Shown in pieces: positions 36,718 to 46,428 of a DNA stretch of 64,000 nt (position 1 is its first letter; every line of letters starts with the position of its first letter). Origin of the DNA: a virus (Duplodnaviria > Caudoviricetes); the IMG/VR virus record IMGVR_UViG_2744054908_000003, positions 536 to 64,535 of that record, one strand, 5' to 3'. The notes below the pieces were generated by a model. That model was not told the DNA's origin, did no database searches, and worked only from the letters and a program-made list of their open reading frames with translations. Position numbers and translations under genes: made by a program.

Positions 36718-37599
36718 TCAGGCAATTCTCTGATATGCCTTCAATTTCCCTGCAGCTCTCTGCATCAAATGAGGCTTTTCTGGAACGCCATAGGTTGCTA
36801 GTCCGTTTAACGGTCTGTCGGTTTTCTCAAATCGGAACTGTGGTGGCGGCCGAAGAATAAACCAAAATTCGCTTTCAAAGATCTCATCGAAAAAGGTTGC
36901 GTAGCGTATTACGCCAGCGACCTCTATGGAAACGTCCTGCTTACCATAAGAAGCCCGCATCACGCGGTCGAATCCAGATGAGGCATCGAAGGACAGCTCG
37001 GCACCTGGACCCAAGGCGTTCCAGCGAATGTGATCGCGCTCAAAAAGTTCTATGTCATCGAACTGTAGGGTGGTCGCAACTCTGCCGTCTTCATCAAGTT
37101 GTCGACTAAAAACAGAGGCCCTGTATTCAAACCATTGTGCCGGTGTCTGACCAGTATTCGTGGCATAGAGATAACAAGATGGGTTAGCAGCCTGATTGTT
37201 TCCCCAACGCAGCTCGGCACGATCAACATGAACGTACGCTCGGCATTGATCCCGCCCTGTCTCACGCGTGGTGATGACCGAATCGTTGGCTGCTTTCACA
37301 GCTCTTCTTGTTTCTTGGAGCGTGTCGCGGACGAGGAAAACAGCCCAAGCACTGAACGAAGCAGCGGCTACGGACACCAATATGCCTGCCCATTGTGCGT
37401 ACGTATCATTCCAGGGGTCAAAATGATTAATGGCGTTTACGATCCTAGAGACATCATCCTGCTGACGTTGGTTATCGTTTGGGGCGCTTGCGCCTGCTTC
37501 CATTTGTTTGGTTGGCTGACTGAGCCAAGCCGTGGCGACGATCGCGAGAAGCGCTAATCCAAGCGCGATTAACGCATATTTGTTTTTATGTCTGTCCAC
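36718..37599 (-). CDS. Antisense membrane protein (moron) inside the head-tail module; start uncertain
   Basis: Two TM helices, TLQETR...RAYV..., NTGQTPA. Confidence 0.7.
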   Translation of the reverse strand: MDRHKNKYALIALGLALLAIVATAWLSQPTKQMEAGASAPNDNQRQQDDVSRIVNAINHFDPWNDTYAQWAGILVSVAAASFSAWAVFLVRDTLQETRRAVKAANDSVITTRETGRDQCRAYVHVDRAELRWGNNQAANPSCYLYATNTGQTPAQWFEYRASVFSRQLDEDGRVATTLQFDDIELFERDHIRWNALGPGAELSFDASSGFDRVMRASYGKQDVSIEVAGVIRYATFFDEIFESEFWFILRPPPQFRFEKTDRPLNGLATYGVPEKPHLMQRAAGKLKAYQRIA

Positions 37600-37675
37600 G
37601 TTTTCCCCCAAGAAACCAACGCCCGAAGCGCCATCAAACCCGAGTCTCGCAACCATGTCGAGCAAAGGAACGCAT

Positions 37676-37876
37676 ATGCCCTGGCTCCACTTCACAGCCA
37701 CCTACGCCTTCAATCCCAAACCAGCTGTAACGATCCGCTATCCGGCTGGCTACGTCGGGCTAGTAACAACGCCTTGCGCTAACCGCGCTGTTGCTGCTGG
37801 CAAGGCCGAGCGACTTCCAACTCCCACGAAAGACGAGGCTGAAGCATGGCGAAGCGCGCAGGTGCCGGCAGCCTGA
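37676..37876 (+). CDS. Small hypothetical virion-region protein
   Basis: AAGGA SD; MPWLHFTATY... Confidence 0.55.
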   Translation: MPWLHFTATYAFNPKPAVTIRYPAGYVGLVTTPCANRAVAAGKAERLPTPTKDEAEAWRSAQVPAA

Positions 37877-38223
37877 ACTGCCGTTTGACTTTCCAGCGCC
37901 GCGAGCAGATCAGCGATGAATGGGGCGGCACGCGCGGTGAGTGGATTGATCAGTTCACGGTGCCGGGAAGGCTGGAACCGCGATACGGCAGCAATGCAGA
38001 AAGCGTCATGGCGGCGCGAATGCAGTCCATGCAGCCGTACAATCTGACCATTCGCGGCAGCACCGCGGCAAGGCAGATTACGGCGTCGTGGCGGGCATAC
38101 GATGCTCGGGCGGGGAAGACTGGGGACAAGCCGAACCGGGTTTTCGGAATCAAGACCGTCGTCAATCCAGATGAGCGGAATGCCTATTTGGAAATGCTCG
38201 TTGTTGAAGGTGAGGAAACCTGA
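37846..38223 (+). CDS. Head-tail adaptor/stopper (SPP1 gp16-like)
   Basis: AGSLNCRLTFQ...DEWGG...W; position. Confidence 0.85.
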   Translation: MAKRAGAGSLNCRLTFQRREQISDEWGGTRGEWIDQFTVPGRLEPRYGSNAESVMAARMQSMQPYNLTIRGSTAARQITASWRAYDARAGKTGDKPNRVFGIKTVVNPDERNAYLEMLVVEGEET

Positions 38224-38687
38224 TGGCGGTAAAGATCAAGGGTCTTGACCGCCTGCAAATTAAGCTCAAGAACTTCCCGGAAGTCGCTGAAAAGCTTGTC
38301 AGAGCCGCTATGGAGCAAGGCGCGCAGGAAATCGTCAATATGATGCAAAACCTGGTTCCCGTCGATGATGGCGAACTGATGGAAAGCATCGGCTGGACGT
38401 GGGGCCGAGCGCCCAAATACAGCCAGCGCATTGGCAGCGTTAAGTCGAATGACGGCAAGCTGACAATCACGATTTACGCAGGCAATTCGAAGGTTCGGTA
38501 CGCGCATCTGGTCGAATTCGGCAGCGCGCCACACGTAAATGGCGGGATGTTCCCTGGGACATTCAATCCAGGTGCCAAGGCACAACCGTTTTTCTACGTC
38601 TCGTGGCGGGCAAAGAGGCGCAGCGCACGGGCTCGGGTATCGAGAGCAATCACCAAGGCAGCCAAACAGATCGCGGCGGACCGCTAA
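38223..38687 (+). CDS. HK97 gp10-family tail completion protein
   Basis: PVDDGELMESI, YAHLVEFG, AQPFF. Confidence 0.9.
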   Translation: MAVKIKGLDRLQIKLKNFPEVAEKLVRAAMEQGAQEIVNMMQNLVPVDDGELMESIGWTWGRAPKYSQRIGSVKSNDGKLTITIYAGNSKVRYAHLVEFGSAPHVNGGMFPGTFNPGAKAQPFFYVSWRAKRRSARARVSRAITKAAKQIAADR

Positions 38688-39104
38688 ATGGACCCAGTTT
38701 TAGAACTTCAGGGCGCAATCATTCAGCGCCTACGCAGCTTTCCTGCGCTCGTCTCCCTGATTGGTCAGCGCAGCTACGATAACCCGCCAACGAACGACCA
38801 AGGGCAGGTTTCGCCCTCGATCTTCCCATATGTCAGCATTGGCGCGTCGAGTGCTCAACAGGCAAACGCCGACTGCATTTTCGCTGACGATATCATTTTC
38901 CAGTTGGATGTATGGTCGATCGAGCCAGCCAAAAAGCAGATGCGCGACGTCGCTAACGCCGTGCGCCTCGCCACACGAGGATGGGTCCCTGTTCTGACCG
39001 TAAACGCCCTCGTGACATTCGACTACTGGCGAACTGACTACATCCAGGACGGCGCGATCAACCACGCGTCGATCCGTTACACGGCGATCATCGAGCAGCC
39101 TTGA
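38688..39104 (+). CDS. DUF3168 tail terminator
   Basis: LQGAI..RL, YDNPP, FPYVSIG, LDVWS. Confidence 0.85.
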   Translation: MDPVLELQGAIIQRLRSFPALVSLIGQRSYDNPPTNDQGQVSPSIFPYVSIGASSAQQANADCIFADDIIFQLDVWSIEPAKKQMRDVANAVRLATRGWVPVLTVNALVTFDYWRTDYIQDGAINHASIRYTAIIEQP

Positions 39105-39151
39105 TTAGGCGCGCACTACAGCACGTAAATGAACCCGCGGATGAGGTCAGA

Positions 39152-39994
39152 ATGGCTGATTTTATTTACGCTGGCGACGCCGGTGCTTTCAAGACGTGCA
39201 CGCAATGCCATGTAACAAAGCCTCTTTCAGATTTTGCGAAATCGAAGACGCTGATTGGCGTTAGAGCGGCTTGTAGGACTTGCTCCTGTGCGGTCGAGGT
39301 TGACCGAAGAATTTCTCGCGGACTATCCGTTTTGGGGTTCGTGCCTTGCGAAAGGTGCGGGTTAGATGTTCAACAGAACAGTGGGTCCCAAAAGTATTGT
39401 GGCAATTGCGCCGAACTTGCAAAACGGGAGCAGCATAAGGCGGCGAACGCGCGTTATGAGGCAAAAAGGACCAAGCCGCGAATAAGAACATCCGAAGAAC
39501 GTAAAAGGGCGAACGATAAATACAGAGAAAAAAATCCCGACGCTGGAAAGATCAGTTCGGCCAAATACAACGAGCGCAATCGGGAAGAAATCAACAGAAA
39601 GTCTCGCGAGCGTAACAAGACCGACGAGCGCAAATCCTACATGCAAAAGTGGGATGCCGAGTACAGGACGCTCCCCAAGAGTAGACTCGATCAACGCATG
39701 AAGACGGCCATTGCTGGTGCGCTAAAAGGTAAGAAAGACGGACGATCTTGGGAAGCCATTGTCGGTTATGAACTTACTACCCTTAAGCGTCACCTAGAAA
39801 GACAATTTCAGCCCGGAATGTCGTGGGATAATATGGGTGAATGGCATATAGACCACATCCGGCCTAAGTCCAAGTTTGAATACGCTAATGAAAACGACCC
39901 CACATTTAAAGAATGTTGGGGGTTAGCAAACTTGCGTCCCTTATGGGGCAAGGAAAATCTCAGCAAGGGCGCGAAAAGCGTCTTCCTGATCTAG
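39152..39994 (+). CDS. Free-standing HNH homing-type endonuclease, paralog of 12335-13111
   Basis: Cys-rich N-terminus; WEAIVGY..LKRHLERQF..GMSWDN.GEWHIDHIRP..NLRPLW..EN..KG. Confidence 0.85.
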   Translation: MADFIYAGDAGAFKTCTQCHVTKPLSDFAKSKTLIGVRAACRTCSCAVEVDRRISRGLSVLGFVPCERCGLDVQQNSGSQKYCGNCAELAKREQHKAANARYEAKRTKPRIRTSEERKRANDKYREKNPDAGKISSAKYNERNREEINRKSRERNKTDERKSYMQKWDAEYRTLPKSRLDQRMKTAIAGALKGKKDGRSWEAIVGYELTTLKRHLERQFQPGMSWDNMGEWHIDHIRPKSKFEYANENDPTFKECWGLANLRPLWGKENLSKGAKSVFLI

Positions 39995-40038
39995 TCAACA
40001 GGCCGCAGTTAAGCGGCCTTTTTCGTATGGAGTTTTCC

Positions 40039-40488
40039 ATGGCAATTGCCACTACGATCAAAGGCGGAAAGGTCCGCGTCAAGATCGGCGACGATGCATC
40101 GCCGATCGTTTATACTGCGCCATGCGGCTTTACGCAGAAATCAATCACGCTGACCAAGAATTTGAACGAAGTTTCTATTCCTCGGTGTGATGACCCTGAC
40201 GCCGTCGACTGGATCGGCCGTGACGCCGCCTCGCTCTCGATGAGCATCGGCGGTGAGGGCGTTTTGGCTTCCGAATCCGTTGAAACGTGGCTGGATGCTT
40301 GGGAAAGCATCGATTCTGTCCCAGTCCAGGTTGAGATTGTTTTCCCAGCCAAGACCTACACCTATACCGGCAAGATGCACGTTGAGAGCCTCGAAATTGG
40401 CGCCAACAATGGCGAGCGCGCGACGAACAACGTTTCGCTGCAGTCCGATGGCGAAATGGTCCGCGTCTCGGCACCGACTGCTCCGTAA
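40039..40488 (+). CDS. Major tail tube protein
   Basis: APCGFTQKSITL, SMSIGGEG, LQSDG; position. Confidence 0.85.
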   Translation: MAIATTIKGGKVRVKIGDDASPIVYTAPCGFTQKSITLTKNLNEVSIPRCDDPDAVDWIGRDAASLSMSIGGEGVLASESVETWLDAWESIDSVPVQVEIVFPAKTYTYTGKMHVESLEIGANNGERATNNVSLQSDGEMVRVSAPTAP

Positions 40489-40928
40489 TGAGTAGAGATG
40501 CAAAAGTAGAACTCGACTGGGCGGATGGTACTCATACCTTCCGCCTCGGTTGGGGCGAGCTAGAAGCGTTGCAGGAAGCTTGCGACGCTGGTCCTTGGGT
40601 CATTCTGGATCGGCTTTTCACCAAACAATGCCGTGTTGGCGATATCGCTCATGTGATCCGGCAGGGGCTGATTGGCGGAGGCTTGGAGCCGACCGCAGCA
40701 ACGAAGCTCGTGCGAACCTACATCGAGAAGCGCCCGCCTGCCGAGAATATCGTCTTCGCCACCATCATCCTGCAGGCTGGCATTCAAGGTGTACCGGAAG
40801 AGCCGGTGGGGGAGCCAGCGGCGGCAAATCAGACGGGGAACAGCTTGACAGTCTCCCCAACGGAAAAGTCAGATTTGCCGCGGTCTACGGCAACGGTGCG
40901 GCGCTCGGCTTCTCGCCGCAAGAAGTAA
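40488..40928 (+). CDS. Tail assembly chaperone G (GTA-gp10-like)
   Basis: WADGTHTFRLGWGELEALQE, GLIGGG. Confidence 0.85.
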   Translation: MSRDAKVELDWADGTHTFRLGWGELEALQEACDAGPWVILDRLFTKQCRVGDIAHVIRQGLIGGGLEPTAATKLVRTYIEKRPPAENIVFATIILQAGIQGVPEEPVGEPAAANQTGNSLTVSPTEKSDLPRSTATVRRSASRRKK

Positions 40929-41053
40929 GGCGAATGTCCATGTGGCAGTTCATGGCTGCCGTTGACGGTTACGTCAAAGCTAACTCGACCGACGATGGCG
41001 GTTTAAGCCAGAAGGAAAAAGACGAGCTTTGGGAGTGGGTGAACGAGGGGTAG
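40808..41053 (+). CDS. Tail chaperone GT extension via -1 frameshift at G GGG GAG
   Basis: In-frame heptamer at 40808-40814; -1 frame gives GFSPQEVRRMSMWQF. Confidence 0.65.
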   Translation, partial: GGASGGKSDGEQLDSLPNGKVRFAAVYGNGAALGFSPQEVRRMSMWQFMAAVDGYVKANSTDDGGLSQKEKDELWEWVNEG

Positions 41054-41174
41054 GAATTTTGCGAACATGCAAGGTAATGCAGAAAATAGTTCTGAATGTC
41101 TGATGCCGTGCCTTGCATTCCATTTTAACTTCGTTAAACCGTTAGTAGAAAATCGGCAAACGAAGTTAAAATCA

Positions 41175-42671
41175 ATGGTTTCACTAGAAGAAGTCTTTAA
41201 GATCTCGGGCGTCCCAACTTATACCTTCGTTCAGCCACCGCGATATTCCCACATGAAGGTAGCCATTCGCACGCCCGGCCGGTGCGTCGTAGTGGAAGGA
41301 CCCTCTGGTATCGGAAAAACGAGTAGCGTCACCCAGATTCTAGATGAATTGAATTTAAGTGACTCAATACTGTTTCTAAGTGCGCGGAAGCCTTCGGATG
41401 TGGAATTAATATCAGTTCTGCCGGAAATGGAAGAAATCGGGATTGTTATTATTGATGACTTTCATCGCCTAGATGATGGCTTGAAAGCAAATATTACCGA
41501 TTTTATGAAGATTCTTGCTGATCGTAGTGATCAAAAGAGCAAATTAATATTAATTGGTATTAATAAAGCCGGTGATAGACTTGTCCAGTATGGATCGGAT
41601 GTTGGCTTACGCTTAGACGTGTTTAAGCTAGAGCAGAATCCGCCGGAACTGGTTCGTGCTCTGATCGATCAGGGGGAGCACGCTCTAAATATAGAGATCA
41701 GGGACAAGGAAAAAATAATTGGATTATGCAGAGGTAGCTTCCAAATTGCGCAGCTGCTTTGCTATCATCTTTGTATAGATGCTGGCGTAACGGAAACGCC
41801 TCCGACAAAGAAACACGTCGATATCGCGGTTGAGAGGGTGGTCGACGAGGTACTTACGCAGCTTAAGAGAATATTTCATTCCGCTTGCTTGGAGTTTGCA
41901 CAAGGGTCCAGATTGCGACGGGAAGGGCGGGCGCCGTATTTGCATATACTAAGCTGGCTAGTCGAATCTGACGACTGGTCAGTGGATCTAAAAAGGACCA
42001 TTCGAGATCGGCCAGATCATCGGGGCAGCGTAGGGCAGGTTGTTTCCAAGGGGTATCTCGAGACATTGATGCGAGACAAGGCCGATATCTTGTCGGAGTT
42101 TTTTCACTATCAGCCGGAAAACAGCGTATTTACCGTAGAAGACCCGAAATTAATTTTTTATCTTCGGTCCATTAATTGGTTGAATTTTGTGAAAGAGGTG
42201 GGGTTTTCTACTGCAGAGTTTCGTGGAAAATATGATATTGCGTTGTCTTTCGCAGGGAGAAATCGCGATCTGGCAGAGTTGTTGTTCGAAAAGCTTACTC
42301 AAAGAGAAGTATCAGTATTTTATGATCTAGATCATCAACATAGAATAATTGCACAACAGGTTGAGGATTACTTAGCTCCAATATATTCTTCGGAGGCGGC
42401 TTATGTTGTCCCGCTTTTGAGTGTTGAATACCCTACTCGGATATGGACCAAATTTGAAAGTGATCATTTTAAGGACAGATTTGGTAAAAATGCGGTTATT
42501 CCGATCCGATACCACGACGCGCCGGATGGCTATTTCTCCAGCTCTTATGGGTTTGGAAGTCTTAGTTTTGATCCTAATAAGCCCATAGAACCGCAAGCGG
42601 AATTAATTGTTGAGACGATCTGTAAGAGGCTTGAAGAGGATCGCATCGCGTCTGGAAATCAACCGTTGTAG
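41175..42671 (+). CDS. P-loop NTPase fused to C-terminal TIR domain (candidate anti-phage moron); alternative start 41067
   Basis: GPSGIGKT, IIDDFH; YDIALSFAG..R, VFYD, S.EY..R.WTKFE; AT-rich. Confidence 0.85.
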   Translation: MVSLEEVFKISGVPTYTFVQPPRYSHMKVAIRTPGRCVVVEGPSGIGKTSSVTQILDELNLSDSILFLSARKPSDVELISVLPEMEEIGIVIIDDFHRLDDGLKANITDFMKILADRSDQKSKLILIGINKAGDRLVQYGSDVGLRLDVFKLEQNPPELVRALIDQGEHALNIEIRDKEKIIGLCRGSFQIAQLLCYHLCIDAGVTETPPTKKHVDIAVERVVDEVLTQLKRIFHSACLEFAQGSRLRREGRAPYLHILSWLVESDDWSVDLKRTIRDRPDHRGSVGQVVSKGYLETLMRDKADILSEFFHYQPENSVFTVEDPKLIFYLRSINWLNFVKEVGFSTAEFRGKYDIALSFAGRNRDLAELLFEKLTQREVSVFYDLDHQHRIIAQQVEDYLAPIYSSEAAYVVPLLSVEYPTRIWTKFESDHFKDRFGKNAVIPIRYHDAPDGYFSSSYGFGSLSFDPNKPIEPQAELIVETICKRLEEDRIASGNQPL

Positions 42672-42789
42672 CCCAATATGTCCGGATATTATGTATCTTC
42701 CGTTCATATCTTATTCACAACAAAGAGTTGTTGGCGCGAGACTGTTCGACAATGGCGTAGGGCGGAGATCTCTGAGACACTCACTTCCC

Positions 42790-43086
42790 CTAGAACGTCG
42801 GTTCCTTCGCACGAGATCCTGATCTAGCGCCGTCGGCTCCCGTGGCAAATCCTTCAAAGTCGCGTCCTATGATAATCAGCGGCAGCGACGCCAGTGATGC
42901 GATTCCGCCCGCAATCAGCAGTATGTACGGCATCAGCATACTTTGACTGTAATAACCGCCAAATTGCACGTTCTTTGCGACCGTCGCTAGCAAATCCCAG
43001 TAGCCATACGCGGACACCAGAGGGCCGGCGAATAGGAATGCGATTCCTAACCAGCCCAATCCATTAAATCTCTGTTCTATTTTCAT
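42790..43086 (-). CDS. Antisense two-TM membrane protein upstream of tape measure (moron)
   Basis: Two hydrophobic helices. Confidence 0.65.
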   Translation of the reverse strand: MKIEQRFNGLGWLGIAFLFAGPLVSAYGYWDLLATVAKNVQFGGYYSQSMLMPYILLIAGGIASLASLPLIIIGRDFEGFATGADGARSGSRAKEPTF

Positions 43087-43098
43087 AGGTGCCCCGCC

Positions 43099-45516
43099 AT
43101 GACCACTAACCTTGAATCCCTTGTCGTTCAATTTTCCGCCGATTTCAAGCGCTTGGAAAATGCCATCAATCGCCAGCGCGGGCAGTTCACGCGGCAGATG
43201 CGTCAGATGGAGAAGTCCGCAGATGCCAGTGTGCAGCGCATAAATGCGGCGCTTGGCAACATCGGCAAAGGTACGATGCGAGACCTCGCCGCTCCCCTAA
43301 CTGGCATTACTGCCGCATTGGGCACGCGCGAGTTGATGCAGTATGCGGATGCTTGGACGCAGGCTGGAAACCTCATTCGTTCGTCAGCGACGGCAGCTGG
43401 TGTTGGCGCACGTTCGCTGAATGAGTTGAAGGACGGTGCGAACGAAGCACGCACAAGTCTTGAAGCCTATACTGACTTATATGCTCGGCTGATCCGATCG
43501 GCCTCCGCCGTAGCCAAGTCGGAAGACGAGATTGCTTTGGCAACGTCGCTTGTTTCGAAAGCCTTTAAGGCTGGCGGTGCGTCCGCACAGGAACAAGCTG
43601 CTGGCATTCTCCAGCTCGGGCAAGCTTTGGGTTCTGGCGTGTTGCAGGGCGATGAACTCCGGTCGTTGCGTGAAAACGCGCCGGTCATTGCGAAGGCAAT
43701 TGCTGACGAGTTCAAGACCACGATTGCAGGCTTGAAGCAGCTTGGCGCCGATGGGAAACTGACGTCCGATCGCGTGTTCAAGGCTATCCTGAATGCACAA
43801 AAGGGCATTGAAGCTCAGTTCAAGGCCACCAACGCGACCATTGCCGACGCCTTCACGCAGATTAATAACGAGTTTACCGCTTATATCGGCAATGCCGATA
43901 AGTCAGCTGGCGCGAGTAGGCAGCTGGTTCAAGCGCTGCAGTATGTAGCTGACAACTTCAAAGAAATAGCGGACGTCGTCGCAGCCTTTGCGACAGTGCT
44001 GATTACCGCGTTCACCGGTCGGGTAATCGCTGGCGTAGTCGTCGGACTTGGCCAGGCCGTTGTTGCATTGGGCTCATTCCTGACCGCACTTCGTACAGGT
44101 ACGAGCGTAGTTGCCGCCTTCAGTGCATCGCTTGGGCCAATCGGCCTCTTGGCCGGGGCTGCGGCAGGTGCCGTCTATTTGCTCTACAACAATATGTCGT
44201 CTGGCGACCGTGCTGCGAAATCATTCAGCGATGCTGTCGACGAAAACAAGGTTGCGCTGGAAAATGCTGCTTCAGCTTCTCGTCAGTATCAGACTGAACT
44301 GACGAAGCAGATTAGCTTGCAGCTTGAAGCAGCCAAGGCCGCATACACGCAGGCAAGCGCAGACGCCGACGCCGCCGACGAAAGAGCTAAAACATTCTAT
44401 AGAATGACGGGCTTGAAATTCGAGCCGTTTGAATATGCCGCTGAGAGCGCTGGCAATAATGCCATCGCATTAGCCGGCGCGGTCGATAAGCTCGAAGTTC
44501 AGCAGAAGCGTGCCGAAAAGATCCTCGCCTCAACGCCATCGGGCTACGGCGGCGGCATCGCCACTACACCAGACGATAAGAAGAAGGGTCGGACCAAGAA
44601 AACGCCTGCTGAGCGTTTCGACAGCGACATTCAACGTATCGCCGACCGCACAGCCGCCCTTGTCGCGGAGACCGAAGCACAGCGCCAGATCAACCCGCTG
44701 ATCAACGACTATGGCTATGCCATGGAGAAGGCGCGTACTGAGCAGGAACTGCTCAATGCGGCGCAAAAGGCGGGTGTTGCACTCACTCCGGAACTGCGAG
44801 CACAAATTGCCGCCACAGCAGATCAGTGGGCCCTTGCCAGCGCAGAGGCAAACAAACTTGCCGAAGCGCAAAACCGTATCAAGGAGACCGCCGAGGATAT
44901 GGCGGCTTTCCAAAAAGACCTTGTCGGTGGGATTGCTGATGATTTCTTAAACGGTGCAAAGTCAGCAGAGATTTTCGCGAACGCTCTTGGCCGCATTGCA
45001 CAAAAACTAATCGATATCGGCCTTGCGAACATCTTCGATACCGACAAGGGCAGCTTCAACCTATTCGGCGCTCTGGGCGGCATCTTTCGCAAGGACGGTG
45101 GCCCGGTAAAGCGCGCCGGTGGCGGAATTGTGCGCGGTCCTGGCGGGCCGCGTGGCGATAAAATCCCGGCGATGCTGAGCGACGAGGAATTCGTCGTGAA
45201 TGCGGCAGCTACGAAGCGCAACCGTGCATTGCTGGAAGCCATCAACAGCGGCCGTGTTATCGGACTTAAGGATGGCGGCTCACCTTTGCGCGCGCCATCC
45301 ATGCCGATCCTGCGCTCATCTGCTGCGTCGCAGCAGGCCCAAACCGGCATTGCCGATGTTCGTGTCTTTGTGGATCGCGACGGTAATTGGCAGGCCGAAG
45401 TCGAGCGTATCTCGCAGCGCAACGTCAAACAGGGACTGGCTTCCTATGACAAGACCGGAGCAGTTCGGACTGCACGCGATCTGCGGCAGGTAAATTCAAG
45501 AGGGCTGGCAAAGTAA
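43099..45516 (+). CDS. Tail tape measure protein
   Basis: QLGQALGSGVLQGDELRS, GPGGPRGDKIPAMLSDEEFV. Confidence 0.95.
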   Translation: MTTNLESLVVQFSADFKRLENAINRQRGQFTRQMRQMEKSADASVQRINAALGNIGKGTMRDLAAPLTGITAALGTRELMQYADAWTQAGNLIRSSATAAGVGARSLNELKDGANEARTSLEAYTDLYARLIRSASAVAKSEDEIALATSLVSKAFKAGGASAQEQAAGILQLGQALGSGVLQGDELRSLRENAPVIAKAIADEFKTTIAGLKQLGADGKLTSDRVFKAILNAQKGIEAQFKATNATIADAFTQINNEFTAYIGNADKSAGASRQLVQALQYVADNFKEIADVVAAFATVLITAFTGRVIAGVVVGLGQAVVALGSFLTALRTGTSVVAAFSASLGPIGLLAGAAAGAVYLLYNNMSSGDRAAKSFSDAVDENKVALENAASASRQYQTELTKQISLQLEAAKAAYTQASADADAADERAKTFYRMTGLKFEPFEYAAESAGNNAIALAGAVDKLEVQQKRAEKILASTPSGYGGGIATTPDDKKKGRTKKTPAERFDSDIQRIADRTAALVAETEAQRQINPLINDYGYAMEKARTEQELLNAAQKAGVALTPELRAQIAATADQWALASAEANKLAEAQNRIKETAEDMAAFQKDLVGGIADDFLNGAKSAEIFANALGRIAQKLIDIGLANIFDTDKGSFNLFGALGGIFRKDGGPVKRAGGGIVRGPGGPRGDKIPAMLSDEEFVVNAAATKRNRALLEAINSGRVIGLKDGGSPLRAPSMPILRSSAASQQAQTGIADVRVFVDRDGNWQAEVERISQRNVKQGLASYDKTGAVRTARDLRQVNSRGLAK

Positions 45517-46127
45517 TGGCTGAACTACTTCCGACTGGCCTTCGATATCAGCCGACTTTCCCGGTCCTGAATCGCCCGGGTTCCATGTCTCAGTACGGGG
45601 ATCGGGCGATTTCTGCCATTGAGAACGGCGATCCGTTCTGGACGTGGACGGCGAAAATAAAAGCGATGACGAACGCGCATCGCCAGAGGCTCGAGGCCTT
45701 CATCGATCGGTGCCGCGGCGGTCAGGTGACGGTGCACTATACCCCCAAGCATGTTTGCATTCCTCAAGCCTACTGGGGCGACGCGAACAATCTGGCGATT
45801 GCCGGTACGGCTTCACTGGGCGCGATCAACGGTAATACACTTACATTAAACGGGGTCGCAATGGGGCTGAAGCTGATGAACGGCGACTTGGTGGGCTTCA
45901 CGATTGGCGACTACAACTTTATCGCCCGCATCGTTGCCGACGCTACAGCGGCTAGCACGAGCGTGCAGGTGAAAGTTGAGCCCTTTCTGCCGTCCTACAT
46001 CACTGTCGGTGCGACAGTGCGATTCAAAGACCCTGTTATGAATATGCGGCTCATGCCGCGGACATGGGAAATTGGCGAGGGCAAGTTTCCCGATGCGTCT
46101 TTTCAGCTCATTGAGGTGCCGAGGTAG
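45516..46127 (+). CDS. Distal tail protein
   Basis: Coupled to tape measure; position. Confidence 0.65.
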   Translation: MAELLPTGLRYQPTFPVLNRPGSMSQYGDRAISAIENGDPFWTWTAKIKAMTNAHRQRLEAFIDRCRGGQVTVHYTPKHVCIPQAYWGDANNLAIAGTASLGAINGNTLTLNGVAMGLKLMNGDLVGFTIGDYNFIARIVADATAASTSVQVKVEPFLPSYITVGATVRFKDPVMNMRLMPRTWEIGEGKFPDASFQLIEVPR

Positions 46128-46133
46128 CCATGG

Positions 46134-46367
46134 CTACCGCTGTCGCCGAGCGCGAATAGCACGAATCCAGGTGTTGTTGAACATAATGGCCCCTATGACC
46201 AATGCGACGGCACCCATGGCGATCATGCCGATAGCCACGCCTTGGTCTCCGAACTGCTGATATAACCAGCCCGTTTTTTCTACTGCCTGGGCAGGATTTC
46301 CAAGGCGAAGAACACCTTGGATTAAGGCGCCAAACCCGACAATCAACATGCAAACGCTTCTAATCAT
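46134..46367 (-). CDS. Small antisense two-TM protein (moron)
   Basis: Two hydrophobic helices plus basic tail. Confidence 0.55.
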   Translation of the reverse strand: MIRSVCMLIVGFGALIQGVLRLGNPAQAVEKTGWLYQQFGDQGVAIGMIAMGAVALVIGAIMFNNTWIRAIRARRQR

Positions 46368-46428
46368 GCCGGCCAGATATCAGCTGGGCGCGGTTGAATC
46401 CACCCTTTCATTGGTTTGACGGTAACTC

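Noticed and set aside
36718-37599. APNDN in the membrane moron (and KNDN in 62669-62854) as tag mimics
   Set aside because: Poor match before NDN; the first probably lies outside the cytoplasm; may be chance
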